A stretch of DNA of 64,000 nucleotides from a virus, in IMG/VR virus record IMGVR_UViG_3300022555_003222, positions 1 to 64,000 of that record. One strand, given 5' to 3'. The position numbers and the translations under genes were made by a program. The notes under the pieces were generated by a model. That model saw only the letters and a list, made by a program, of their open reading frames with translations, ran no database searches and was not told the DNA's origin. Positions 1-9,965 of the stretch are shown here, in pieces; positions within the stretch are counted from its first letter, which is position 1, and every line of letters begins with the position of its first letter.

Positions 1-231
1 ATGACAACACGTTACGACTGTACAATCTGCCATTTGGCCGAATATAAACACGGGGATGATTACCACAAATTCAAATGTGCTCTTTGTAAAATTGTTGAAC
101 GAGCACAATACGCCTGTGATCATCCTGAAGACAAGATCAGCGCATCGGAATCGCTGAATTTTATTTTGACCACGGCCTCTGTTGCCCTCATCCTAGACTT
201 GATTCCCACATCTAGCAATCCCAAAAAATGA
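1..231 (+). CDS. Small Cys/His-rich hypothetical protein (may be 5'-truncated by the window edge)
   Basis: ORF track; contains CxxC motifs CTIC and CALC. Confidence 0.45.
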   Translation: MTTRYDCTICHLAEYKHGDDYHKFKCALCKIVERAQYACDHPEDKISASESLNFILTTASVALILDLIPTSSNPKK

Positions 232-325
232 CCCCTTTACAAATTCTCCGATTCCGTGTAGAATATTCTGTTGATCTGTCGATGTTATTGTAACACTAAA
301 ACTTACCAGAAAAACGGAGAATATC

Positions 326-793
326 ATGAGTGACTCAGAAGAGCGTGTCGTCCACAAAGTTGTGGCAAAAGATGTGAAAAAAGACGATTTGATGGCCTTC
401 ATCTATTACGGAACAGTGCAACATGCCGCACCCAGCGGCACCAATCTGACCGTGAAGGATGTTGACAACCATCGAGAAATGGGCGTGAATGGAACCGAAT
501 TGATCGAATCCTCTTTCTCGGCTGATCAGTTCCATGAAGAAATCAAAGTCAGTAAAACCAAAGCGGCTGAACTTTTGGTTTCTTCGCCCAATCGACCTAT
601 CAAGGTATCATTCAACAAACAGGATGGCACCGAACGCATTTTGCGTGGCCGCTTGATTCAACCCGAGCCTCTTCTTGGTCGCAGCATGGTTGAAGATCTC
701 GACATTACAGATGGTAAAAATCGTTTGCGTCAGGTCGATCATAGGACCATTAATTTTATCATCGTTGATGGCGTAAAATACATTGTAAAATAA
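326..793 (+). CDS. Hypothetical protein with a C-terminal WYL_2/Sm-like SH3 beta-barrel-type domain
   Basis: GGAG Shine-Dalgarno upstream. The segment VSFNKQDGTERILRG...LRQVDHRTI resembles the F-x-K-x-D-G-x-x-R pattern of phage WYL_2 proteins. Confidence 0.6.
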   Translation: MSDSEERVVHKVVAKDVKKDDLMAFIYYGTVQHAAPSGTNLTVKDVDNHREMGVNGTELIESSFSADQFHEEIKVSKTKAAELLVSSPNRPIKVSFNKQDGTERILRGRLIQPEPLLGRSMVEDLDITDGKNRLRQVDHRTINFIIVDGVKYIVK

Positions 794-855
794 CTGTTGT
801 GGTGAGAGCTTCTAGCGGCACTACTTTACCATGCTAGACAAATGGACGCAACAGG

Positions 856-890
856 AGCCCACTCGGCCGCAAGGCCGAGTGGGCTTTTTT
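856..890 (+). terminator. Rho-independent terminator
   Basis: 13-bp stem AGCCCACTCGGCC-GCAA-GGCCGAGTGGGCT followed by a T run, downstream of 326..793. Confidence 0.85.
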
Positions 891-913
891 CATTATTACA
901 TCTAAATATTTAT

Positions 914-1270
914 ATGAAAAAGAGATATCTTGTCGAGCAAACTCTAGCATCTGCACAATCTGCTTTAACCGATATTCAAAACGGCAATAAACCAGATATA
1001 TTTTCACTCATGAAATGGAATGACAGCATGTTGCGACATGTTTTTTATCGTATAGGACAACATCAATACGGGCAATATTTTGAAAATGTCGTTGCAGAAC
1101 TGTATCCAATGGAGTTTTCATTGCTTACTAATCAAACTAGAGCTAAAACAATACTCGCTGAATACATTGAAGAATTACAAGAGCAGGCAGCGGCTATGAC
1201 TGATTTAGATACCCCCATAATATATGAACCGCCATTTGAAGAAAATGGATATTATCCGCAATCAGTTTAA
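914..1270 (+). CDS. Hypothetical protein (start moved to ATG 914, MKKRYLVE)
   Basis: The longer ORF from 842 crosses the terminator. CTAAATA box at 902-908 lies 5 nt before ATG 914. Confidence 0.65.
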   Translation: MKKRYLVEQTLASAQSALTDIQNGNKPDIFSLMKWNDSMLRHVFYRIGQHQYGQYFENVVAELYPMEFSLLTNQTRAKTILAEYIEELQEQAAAMTDLDTPIIYEPPFEENGYYPQSV

Positions 1271-1287
1271 GTGATAATGGTCATTTG

Positions 1288-1734
1288 TTACGCTGCTTTA
1301 GTGCGTATTACTTCTTTTAACCATTTAACAATCCAACTTATTTTATCTGCTTCTTCACGGGTTAATCTTTTGCCTTCAAAAACCCCATTGCGATATGCTG
1401 TTCGCATATCTTCTAATACCCGTTCTGTTTCTTCAATTGGTCGTAATCTATAATATGCCCACCATACTTGTTGGGTGTCAGTTAGTTTTGGATTATTTTT
1501 TATTGGTGAAGAGTCAGTTGATTTATTACGTGGATTTTGTCTTTTATATCTAACTGTCAACAACTGACCATAGTATCTTTCCATCTCTTGTTTCTTGGCA
1601 TTGTCTAACCGCATAGTACCATTTAACATATTGCGTATAATACGAATACGATTCTCAAGCTCTTCATCGGTCATACTGGGAATTCCTTCCCAACTCAGAT
1701 TGTCTATGGCTTCTATAAATACTTTGAATCGCAT
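1288..1734 (-). CDS. Hypothetical protein with a capsid-targeting-like N-terminus (MRFKVFIE)
   Basis: 148-aa ORF; CTAAATA box (1739-1745, minus strand) 4 nt before the ATG. Confidence 0.7.
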   Translation of the reverse strand: MRFKVFIEAIDNLSWEGIPSMTDEELENRIRIIRNMLNGTMRLDNAKKQEMERYYGQLLTVRYKRQNPRNKSTDSSPIKNNPKLTDTQQVWWAYYRLRPIEETERVLEDMRTAYRNGVFEGKRLTREEADKISWIVKWLKEVIRTKAA

Positions 1735-1756
1735 ATGTTATTTAGCACACATAATG

Positions 1757-1789
1757 AAAAAAGCCCGTCAGGCAAAGCCTGACGGGCTT
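1757..1789 (-). terminator. Rho-independent terminator of the capsid operon
   Basis: 13-bp stem AAGCCCGTCAGGC-AAA-GCCTGACGGGCTT with the U-tract on the minus strand, just after the capsid stop. Confidence 0.85.
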
Positions 1790-1815
1790 CTGTTTGCGTT
1801 CATTTACATGATTGC

Positions 1816-3297
1816 TTAGATCACGAAGTTAGCGATGGAGAGACGAGCGTAGAACTTAGCCCCCTCACGGAGGAGTTTTTTCCCGTAGCGTGTTAAAATT
1901 CCCTTACGTGGGCAGAAGCTCTCTGGATCGAGAACAACTGGCGTCTGGGTCAACGGAACGTATGGGCAATAGAAGTAACCACTATCCATGTAGCTGTCAC
2001 CCTTGTAACCCAAAAGGATCTGGCCCTGTGGGAACAACGGATCTTTGTACAATCTCCAACGATTGTTAACTGTACCTACATACTGAATACCCAAGCTGGA
2101 AGTGAAAGTCTCACTTGGAGCCGGTGCGAAACCAGCGGTCGCAGTTTCAAAAATTGAAGCTACTTCAGGGCTGGTCACCATCCAGTTTGCACCACCACGT
2201 AGAGTCTTTCTGTGGACTACGTTGCTGATTTCAACAACCTTCACATAGAGAGATTCATACTTTTCCTTGATGGTATCACCAAGGGCGGTGTTGAAATCCC
2301 AGCTAGAAACTGTACCGGCGTTATTACGGAGGTCCGTCAAAACTTCACGGTCGATTTCTAGGTTGATTTCTTGTGCTAACACTGCGGTCAATTCGGCCTC
2401 AGCGTCTAGGTTGTGCTGGGATCGTAGATCCTGTTGAGCCTCATAGCTCCACACAGCCTTTAGCTTACGGGTCTTGGCTGCAATCTCTTCTGATTCAACG
2501 ACTAGGTTGATCTCAGGAAGATCTTGCTGGCACTCAAGATTGTACTCGTAGTTGATAACAACCTTAACGAATGCATTTCCTGCTACCAACGCACCAGTGA
2601 TAGGCAAGGCCAATTCACCAGTTGTCGTATTTAGAGCACCAGTACCACCAGTAGTGATGGCATTCAATGCACCGATGTTCTGCGATGTTAGTGTGCTGGT
2701 AGAATCAATTACGAATGTGGACTGAACAGTGGTGCAAGTAGCAGCAGTTGTGCCTGCATACAAAGTACCAGTGACCGTACCAGCAATAACTGGAACGTGC
2801 TCTACCACGCCGAAATTAATGGTGCCTGCGACTGGATATCCTACAGCAGCAGTCGGCTCACCCTGGATGAACTGATGGCTGTAATAGATGTCCAAGTTTG
2901 CATCACCAGATGCACGCTGCATCAAGGTGTTTGCGTCATCATTTGGGTAACCTGCGTTGTTATCTTGACCACGGGTTGCACCCTTGTTGGTCGAATAACG
3001 GAATCTTAGGTAGTACACCAAACCAGTTGGGCCAAGCAACGGCTGTACGGATACAACCTTATTGGCGATCAACTGAGGATAAATCCTTCTTACCAACGGA
3101 ATCGAGATTCTCTTGAACTGAGCAATATCACTTGTGTCAGTTGCAACCTCGTTCATAAGTCTCTGGTTTTCTAGAAGTACAGCGGTGCAGGAACGTTCGT
3201 ATTTGTCCTTGATGCCTTCTAGCAAACCAGTTTGTGACCAACGGCGTTCTAGCTCTTTGGCCTCGTTCAAAAATTTTGAATTTGCATTCATTATCAT
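1816..3297 (-). CDS. gp23: Major capsid protein (T4 gp23-like)
   Basis: Hallmark motifs LLENQ, IPLVRR, VSVQPLLGPTGLVYYLR, AKTRKLKAVWSYEAQQDLRSQHNLDAEAEL, EINLEIDRE, YKG...GYFYCPYVPL, SFCPRKGILTRYG. True start may be ATG 3291. Confidence 0.97.
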   Translation of the reverse strand: MIMNANSKFLNEAKELERRWSQTGLLEGIKDKYERSCTAVLLENQRLMNEVATDTSDIAQFKRISIPLVRRIYPQLIANKVVSVQPLLGPTGLVYYLRFRYSTNKGATRGQDNNAGYPNDDANTLMQRASGDANLDIYYSHQFIQGEPTAAVGYPVAGTINFGVVEHVPVIAGTVTGTLYAGTTAATCTTVQSTFVIDSTSTLTSQNIGALNAITTGGTGALNTTTGELALPITGALVAGNAFVKVVINYEYNLECQQDLPEINLVVESEEIAAKTRKLKAVWSYEAQQDLRSQHNLDAEAELTAVLAQEINLEIDREVLTDLRNNAGTVSSWDFNTALGDTIKEKYESLYVKVVEISNVVHRKTLRGGANWMVTSPEVASIFETATAGFAPAPSETFTSSLGIQYVGTVNNRWRLYKDPLFPQGQILLGYKGDSYMDSGYFYCPYVPLTQTPVVLDPESFCPRKGILTRYGKKLLREGAKFYARLSIANFVI

Positions 3298-3329
3298 ATC
3301 TCCTAAAACGGTTTACTAAATTGATAACC

Positions 3330-4250
3330 TTAATCTTCGATGATGCCAGAAAGTACCTGCATTTGACGTAGGAAATCTGGATCGATTGATTCAACTAAGG
3401 CCATATCTGCCTCTTTGGCTTCCGACTTTTTGGCTGGTTCACTAAACTCAGCAATAATGCGGTCGGTAACCTTGTTTCCGCTCCCCTGTACTTTCTCGCC
3501 TTTCTTAATTTTTTCTTTTCTTTCTTCTGTAACCAAAGACTTCTTTGATTCAGTTAATACATGATTCATTTGACGTACTTGCTCATTAAGCTTATTGTTG
3601 TCCGTAGAAACACGGATGTTTTTAGCTTCGAGTAGACGGACTTTACCCTGTAGGTCTTGGACGCACTTATTAGACTCTTCAAGTCTGCTGCTGGTGGCCA
3701 ATGCGTAATCCTCGTCGGTAATATAACTACCGCAAATCTTAACGATATTGTCGAGGGCAACCTTGTGCTCAACCATGCGAGGATCATTAACGATATCTCG
3801 ACGTGCTTGCTCGTAGATTTCTTGACCCTTGAGTTGTAGGAATTGGTCGATCTTCTCAACCATGTAATCCTTCATCTCAGCCAACTTCTTGTCATACTCT
3901 TCATAAAGTTCGCTTTCGATATTGCCATTCTTGCCCTTTTCGGCTTGTAGCATTTGGAAAGCTTCTTCATAACCCTCTTCAAGGGCTGTTTCGAATTCAC
4001 TTCTCTGGGTTTCTAACCTTTGACGAAGTTCTTGAATGATACTACCGGCTTGATTATACCCTTCATAAGCTACCTTCTCTGACTCCTTCAATTCCTTTGA
4101 AAGGTCGGCATATGCTTCCTGGAGCTTGGTATTAAATTCCGCCTCAATTTCCTGGCGTGCCTCGGAAAGATATTCACCTACCGCAGCAGTAAAATCCTTA
4201 ACCTTGTCTTGAGGTACTAATTTGCTCAATGTTTCGACGATTTTATCCAT
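3330..4250 (-). CDS. Prohead core scaffold protein (T4 gp22-like)
   Basis: Acidic coiled-coil protein between the protease and the capsid gene; several L-x-E gp21-type sites. Confidence 0.8.
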   Translation of the reverse strand: MDKIVETLSKLVPQDKVKDFTAAVGEYLSEARQEIEAEFNTKLQEAYADLSKELKESEKVAYEGYNQAGSIIQELRQRLETQRSEFETALEEGYEEAFQMLQAEKGKNGNIESELYEEYDKKLAEMKDYMVEKIDQFLQLKGQEIYEQARRDIVNDPRMVEHKVALDNIVKICGSYITDEDYALATSSRLEESNKCVQDLQGKVRLLEAKNIRVSTDNNKLNEQVRQMNHVLTESKKSLVTEERKEKIKKGEKVQGSGNKVTDRIIAEFSEPAKKSEAKEADMALVESIDPDFLRQMQVLSGIIED

Positions 4251-4963
4251 TATCTAACCTCGCTTTTAATTTCTGCTGTTTTTTGTTTTACTATGCCTAA
4301 GCAAGCTAGCAGTAACGATGTTTCATTAATACTATCTATGCTCCTGGATTCATTTTTTTCTAAAGAACCGTAGATCGCTACGGATTCTTTCTTATCGTTC
4401 GCAATTCTTTCTTGGAAGGCAGCATTGGTAGAGGGATCGGCTACGCAATCAAATGTGATTAATTTGTAGCCTCTTTCAATTACTAAAATGCCATCTTCAT
4501 TTACTTTTCCATTACCTACGCCACGACTACTAATGCCGACACGAACGCCGTCGTTAATAAGTGATCGTAGTAATTTACCCATAGGCGTATTAAGCACGGA
4601 GCCTTCACCCATAAGCACTTTTCCATCCCACCACAACTTATTGATCTTGTGGGAAGCATCCTTGAAGTGAATGATAGAATCAGAAGGGTGATCTAGTTCA
4701 CCAATAAGACCATTCTGACCAATTGCTTCTTGCAACTTACCTACATTTTCATCTAGCACGTCAAACGGATATGATCTTTTATTTTTATTGATCGCATCCG
4801 CTTCCTGGAACTTGCCACGAAACTTTAATACTGGACTACCCTTTGTATCAGTAGACTCATGCAAATCCATTTCGTTGAGGATAGCAAAGCTACCATCACC
4901 GTAAAGGAGGCATTCGCTGTACCTTGTTCCAGGCACCATGCTATGTTCGTTTAATAACTGCAT
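4250..4963 (-). CDS. gp21: Prohead protease (T4 gp21-like)
   Basis: Motifs GKFQEADAINKNKRSYP, GELDHP, ASH, TPMG, GISSRGVG, LITFDCVADPST. Confidence 0.95.
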   Translation of the reverse strand: MQLLNEHSMVPGTRYSECLLYGDGSFAILNEMDLHESTDTKGSPVLKFRGKFQEADAINKNKRSYPFDVLDENVGKLQEAIGQNGLIGELDHPSDSIIHFKDASHKINKLWWDGKVLMGEGSVLNTPMGKLLRSLINDGVRVGISSRGVGNGKVNEDGILVIERGYKLITFDCVADPSTNAAFQERIANDKKESVAIYGSLEKNESRSIDSINETSLLLACLGIVKQKTAEIKSEVR

Positions 4964-4980
4964 AGATCCGCCTCCTTTAA

Positions 4981-6792
4981 TTATTGATCAACTACTAGAT
5001 CCGTTTCTGAGCCGTTCTTCATCTTGTAAGACTGTGGTGTAACAGCCTTCGGTACGTATGGATTCTGTAGATCCGGCCACGTATCCTTAGATGAGAACTG
5101 AGTGAGTAGATCGCTACCACCGGCTTTATCTGCACCCTTTTCACCCTTCATGGTGTATGTTCCAAACGGTTTCGGTACATATGGGTTGTTAAGTTCTGGA
5201 TAGGTGTCTCCGCCACCAATATTACCCCAGCTACGACTTCTCATTTCGTCGGCTAAACCATTGTGATAGCTCTTGCCATCAGATACCGGTGCTGAATCGC
5301 CCCAGTTACCTGTGAAATCAGATGCGGGAGCATAACCCACACGTGCTTTCTTAGCCATTTCGGGATGGTCACCTTGAATAGTGGTGTGAGGAGTGTTGGA
5401 TACATTCCAACCACTCATCTCAAGATTTGTTTCCACTAAATCTTCTAGCCAATCGGCTGCATTTTGAGCGATCTCTAGTGTTGGATCAATTTCTTGACGA
5501 ATTACAGCGCTGAGCGTATCCAATTGCTCGGATGCTTCATTCTGTACAGTTTGATTTCTGGTCTGACCAGCTACAACATGAACATGACGAATAGCTTCGT
5601 AAAGATCTACGAATACCTGCATGTCCAAGCGATCCCCTTCGTCCAAAGATGGGAAGAATTCATCTACCGTTTCTTTGAATTGGGCATACTTGTCATCACA
5701 TTCTGTACAGGGCTCAACACCGGCAAGACCCATGATCTTATTGACTCGATCAACATACGCACCGTGAGCCACTCTTAGAATGCCTTCGGCCATAAATGTG
5801 CATGTTTGATCGTCATAGTTTGTTGCATTAACCACATCCAATGCTTCTTTAATGCTGACAGATAACTCAGCTTGAGTAAGATAAAGAACTTGTGGCCACT
5901 TGCTAACGATATTTTCAATACTTTCTTCCAAAGCACTGTTGTCTGATAATGCGTTGTGACGCTTTAGTTCAGCCACAGCCTTGCAGAAGTTAATATCTTC
6001 CTTTAGATCGGCCTTGGCACCACTTCGCAACATCTTGCAATTGGTGTTAATGGTCTTCCAATCAAAGGTTTTGAGGGCGGATTCATTGCGAACTAGAACG
6101 CTTGGAATGCGAAGAGCAACCACGTTGCCCAACTCATCATGTTTGGCTACTGATTCACGAAGAACCGGCCCGTACTCTTTAATTCCAATGTATTGACTTA
6201 CGTTCTCGCATAAACGGAACCACTCTTCCAAAGCTTTCTTGTCTTTATCTTTCTTGAGATCCAAAGCCTTGGACTTATCACCCTTCTTCTTGTGTTTCTT
6301 CTTCTTTCCAAAGAATGGGAATTTATTCTCACCACATTCTTTGTCGTCTCCATCCTTCTTGTCTTTTTTATCCTTCTTCTTATCAAAGAATGGGAACTTG
6401 CCTTCTTTGAATAGACGGCGAGTAAGGGGAAGGGATAGATAATTATCTAGCAAAGACTCTGCTTTGCGATCATTGCTTTCCAGTAATGATTCCAACATAT
6501 CGGAGACAATTTGCTTCGCATTTTGTCTCTCTGTTTCTTCATTAATAACCAGTTGCTCGATGTTTTCAAAGGTTACATGCTTTGGTTGCACCTCATAATT
6601 AGCATGAACAAATGTTCCGCCAGGGGTGGCATATAGCACGTCTTCCGGGCCATAACAATGCAAAGATAAACCTTCTATCTGCAATGCGTTGGCAAGGACC
6701 GGTTCCGCCTCCACTAGCTCATTTGCAGCAGAAGATAGAGAGCTATTCTCCATTCTTTGAAAAACCTCGTAGTCTATGAGCTTTCTTTTCAT
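4981..6792 (-). CDS. Large prohead-core-like protein of unknown function
   Basis: 603-aa ORF with AGGAG SD, at the position of the T4 prohead core genes. Has a Lys-rich insert and a duplicated DTxPxLxNPYVPK motif. Confidence 0.7.
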   Translation of the reverse strand: MKRKLIDYEVFQRMENSSLSSAANELVEAEPVLANALQIEGLSLHCYGPEDVLYATPGGTFVHANYEVQPKHVTFENIEQLVINEETERQNAKQIVSDMLESLLESNDRKAESLLDNYLSLPLTRRLFKEGKFPFFDKKKDKKDKKDGDDKECGENKFPFFGKKKKHKKKGDKSKALDLKKDKDKKALEEWFRLCENVSQYIGIKEYGPVLRESVAKHDELGNVVALRIPSVLVRNESALKTFDWKTINTNCKMLRSGAKADLKEDINFCKAVAELKRHNALSDNSALEESIENIVSKWPQVLYLTQAELSVSIKEALDVVNATNYDDQTCTFMAEGILRVAHGAYVDRVNKIMGLAGVEPCTECDDKYAQFKETVDEFFPSLDEGDRLDMQVFVDLYEAIRHVHVVAGQTRNQTVQNEASEQLDTLSAVIRQEIDPTLEIAQNAADWLEDLVETNLEMSGWNVSNTPHTTIQGDHPEMAKKARVGYAPASDFTGNWGDSAPVSDGKSYHNGLADEMRSRSWGNIGGGDTYPELNNPYVPKPFGTYTMKGEKGADKAGGSDLLTQFSSKDTWPDLQNPYVPKAVTPQSYKMKNGSETDLVVDQ

Positions 6793-6937
6793 AATCTGAC
6801 TCCTTAATACACGTGTGAGTTTATAGACATCCTCTTATTGTGTTATATATTGATGCAACCATGTTTTTTACGTACAAAAGTTTGATTGCCAGCTATAGAT
6901 ATAGTATGCACGAAACCATAAAATCTGTGGGTGTCCA

Positions 6938-7276
6938 GTGAAAAGATTTAATGAATACGTTAAAATGCGAGAAGAAAACCAGTCGGCTCAACAGGATGAC
7001 GGGGCTTCTCCGGTTCCAGAAAAGGGTGCGCCCGATACACTTATTACCGCTATGAAGATAGCTTGTGATAAGTATAAAAATAGAACCAAACAATTTCTCA
7101 AAGAATTAAATGATTCTGATATTGATAAAGTATTAGGTCAATTATCAGATGATGTTGATGATGATTTTACCGGTCCTGTCCGTAGATCTGAACGGGACAG
7201 AAGTAATCACGATAACATGGTTATGATTCCAAAAGCAGATGGAAATTCTGGTGCCGATGGTGGCGGTGAAGATTAA
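6938..7276 (+). CDS. Acidic hypothetical protein with a capsid-targeting-like N-terminus (MKRFNEYVKMRE)
   Basis: 112-aa ORF with GTG start; ATAGATA box at 6895-6901 upstream. Confidence 0.7.
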   Translation: MKRFNEYVKMREENQSAQQDDGASPVPEKGAPDTLITAMKIACDKYKNRTKQFLKELNDSDIDKVLGQLSDDVDDDFTGPVRRSERDRSNHDNMVMIPKADGNSGADGGGED

Positions 7277-7286
7277 GAAAAAATAA

Positions 7287-7326
7287 AATGTGTAGTTGTA
7301 GTAAGTAAATACTGCAACTACACATT
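7287..7326. terminator. Hairpin between convergent genes (probable terminator)
   Basis: 17-bp stem AATGTGTAGTTGTAGTA / TACTGCAACTACACATT with one G-U pair and a 6-nt loop. Confidence 0.65.
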
Positions 7327-7354
7327 ATTATCAAATGCTGCTAATAAATTCTTT

Positions 7355-9898
7355 TTAACTACCGAATGTTGAATTCGGTTCTTCTCGATCCATCTCAGCA
7401 GACCAATTATGAATTTCAAGATCATATTTCTTGATTTCTTCTTCACTTGCATCTGCCAACGGTGCGCTATTTGAACCAGCCGCTCCACCAGGAGCCCCTT
7501 CAGGTTCTTTATCTTGTGGCGGCATTGGTGGCATTCCGCCCGGAGGAGGTCCACCTGGAGGTGCGCCACCAGGAGGTGCTCCTCCTTCAGGCGGTAACAT
7601 TGGATTTGGCCCACCGGTTTCTGTGCCCATTTGTGGGTCTGAAGATCCAGGGGCTCCCACCCCAAGCAATTGTGGATTCTGACCAATAATTTGTAGTTTA
7701 AGATCTTCAAGTTTCTGGATTTTATTACGAGCTATCATTTCTTGTGCTTCATCTTCTGAATATTTCATCCATTTGGTTAAAATATCAAAATCAGACATCA
7801 ACAAAGAACCTTTGAGTCCATTAGCATTGCCAATTCTGGCAGTGACAATTTCTTGCCAGCTTAATTCACGCCAAGCCGAAGGTGGAGTCATAATGATTTG
7901 CAAATCATCATAAAGCTCTTCTGGGAAACCTCTTAGTTGTAAATGACGTTCCGCTAATTGAAGTAGGCCATCTACTAAATAACTTTGTAATCTCTCAATA
8001 AGTTTAGAAAACTTCACATCACGTGCTGACAAAGTGATTCTTGTGGCCTGTGGGTCTTCGCTAGAATTGTAATTGGCCGGTAAGTTAAGGGCTGTATATA
8101 ATTTATTGCGGAAATAAACAGCATCATCAATTTCACCTAGATTCTGTGCGCCAGGGAGAGTTTCCACTCTGGTATTTGCATTCTGACGAATGGGAATCCA
8201 GTAATCTTCGTCGGCTGATGGTGCATGCCATCTTTCTTCTACAGAAGACGCTCCAGGAGCCCCACGGGCATTTGCTACTTTCTTCTTTCTAAATTGATCT
8301 TTCATTCTTTCAATGAAAGATTCAGCTTTGAATGGAGGCAACTGTCCTACGTCAATATAAAATACTCTTCGTTCGGGTGCTCGGGTTAATCGATACACAA
8401 CCATTGCATCTTCCATTAATCTTAATTGATGCGCTGGACCACGTGCCGGTTCGATTAAACTAACGCCATAGGGATAGAAACTCTTTCTATCATCCCCGAT
8501 TTTAACATGCACCATTTGCTCCGGTGCAAATCTAAGGGCTGTTGCTTGTTGTAAATCAGATTCCGTAGCTTCGGGCACAGGTGCCCGTGTTAAGCTTTGA
8601 TAATCAGGCCCTTCATTAGATTGCTGGAATTCAATTAACTTACCTTTTGTGGTTTCAATACGATATACACTATCAGGTGGCAGTTCTTGTACTTTGAGGA
8701 TTCCATCCTTGGGAGCGTCTGGATCAATGATCAATTCCACAAATAGATCTCCAAACGTACACACTTGCTTCATCCATAGCCAACCTTTGCGATCTAGATT
8801 AAGCATTTTTCTGTGGAAGAACAACCACTCTAATTCATCCTTAATTTCATCGTTTCCCACTTTAATTTCAAACAAATGATCATTCTCGCCCTTTTGGCAA
8901 TTATGAAAAATAACTGACTCGCCACAGAAGTTTGCGTGTTTTTCTACTGATAAATCATAAACGTCTGTAGTTCTCCATTGCTCTACATGAAGAACACGTC
9001 TGTGGTCTGCCTTTCTGCCAAGTTGATGCACTTCAGCTAATGAGAATCCTTCACGGTGCAACCAATCTTTAATGCTATTCCATTGATAGCCCATTAATCT
9101 AGCTGTTTCCAGAGTGGACATTCCCTCCCCAAGAAGGCGTACAGCTTTGTTGATTTTCTCAAACTTCTTTTCCTTCCGACCAGTTCGCCATTCATCAAGA
9201 AACTGTCGCTCATGTTTCCAACCATCGGTGAATGTGAATATTCTAGGGAATTGTCCTTTGGGAAGATTGTTAAGATATCTCTTGGGTTTCACTTGATAGA
9301 ACGGCATGAGTTCATCACCATGTTCTAATTCTCCAGCCGCTTTCCACGTAGCATCTCGCATGAGCATGCGATGATCAGGTGTGACTACAAATGCTGTACC
9401 ATCGTCTAAGCTTACACGCACTGTCTCAGCCGTTTTAACTAATCTAGGATTATAAGCGTAGCCTAATGTATAATCTTTTTTATCAAAGTCCCAACAATAT
9501 ACTAAAAATCGTTCGTCTTTTTTATTCTCTGCAAACCATCTGATTTCTTTTAGCCCATAAAACGGAGTGGCTATTTTTTCCCATCCTGCCAAACATGCTT
9601 CATCTGCGAAGACTGTCATGGCATTTTCAATTTCGGGAACATTACGCAGACGTTCATATTCTTTGTAACGACTTTGCCGGTTTGTAACTGTTGATAAATC
9701 TATAAAATCATTGCTATCTCTGAGACGAACGAGTCCACGTCCACCTCCCCAATAGCTGCCATCTTGTGCCCGAATATCGGGGATGGCGTCTGGCACGGTT
9801 ACGCCCGCACCAGTAAGATCTCTTATTCGCTTGCTCTTTTCTAAAGGATCAGGCGTAAAAGAGTATGAAAACAATTTGTAAAAATCGTACCAAGCCAT
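7355..9898 (-). CDS. gp20: Portal protein (T4 gp20-like) containing an intein
   Basis: Motifs QLRLMEDAMVVYRLTRAPERRVFYIDVGQLP, EDYWIP, ETLPGAQNLGEIDD, YFRNKLYTAL. Pro/Gly-rich C-terminal tail. Confidence 0.95.
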   Translation of the reverse strand: MAWYDFYKLFSYSFTPDPLEKSKRIRDLTGAGVTVPDAIPDIRAQDGSYWGGGRGLVRLRDSNDFIDLSTVTNRQSRYKEYERLRNVPEIENAMTVFADEACLAGWEKIATPFYGLKEIRWFAENKKDERFLVYCWDFDKKDYTLGYAYNPRLVKTAETVRVSLDDGTAFVVTPDHRMLMRDATWKAAGELEHGDELMPFYQVKPKRYLNNLPKGQFPRIFTFTDGWKHERQFLDEWRTGRKEKKFEKINKAVRLLGEGMSTLETARLMGYQWNSIKDWLHREGFSLAEVHQLGRKADHRRVLHVEQWRTTDVYDLSVEKHANFCGESVIFHNCQKGENDHLFEIKVGNDEIKDELEWLFFHRKMLNLDRKGWLWMKQVCTFGDLFVELIIDPDAPKDGILKVQELPPDSVYRIETTKGKLIEFQQSNEGPDYQSLTRAPVPEATESDLQQATALRFAPEQMVHVKIGDDRKSFYPYGVSLIEPARGPAHQLRLMEDAMVVYRLTRAPERRVFYIDVGQLPPFKAESFIERMKDQFRKKKVANARGAPGASSVEERWHAPSADEDYWIPIRQNANTRVETLPGAQNLGEIDDAVYFRNKLYTALNLPANYNSSEDPQATRITLSARDVKFSKLIERLQSYLVDGLLQLAERHLQLRGFPEELYDDLQIIMTPPSAWRELSWQEIVTARIGNANGLKGSLLMSDFDILTKWMKYSEDEAQEMIARNKIQKLEDLKLQIIGQNPQLLGVGAPGSSDPQMGTETGGPNPMLPPEGGAPPGGAPPGGPPPGGMPPMPPQDKEPEGAPGGAAGSNSAPLADASEEEIKKYDLEIHNWSAEMDREEPNSTFGS
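8900..9595 (-). mobile_element. Intein (232 aa) in the portal gene
   Basis: N-terminal CLAGWEKIATP after ADEA, block B VTPDH, C-terminal VYDLSVEKHANF...IFHN followed by Cys+1. Confidence 0.92.
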
Positions 9899-9965
9899 GA
9901 AAATTTCCTTTGTTAACTAACCTTTCTACGGTATTTAGCGAATGCGTAACTAATTTAATAGAGAA

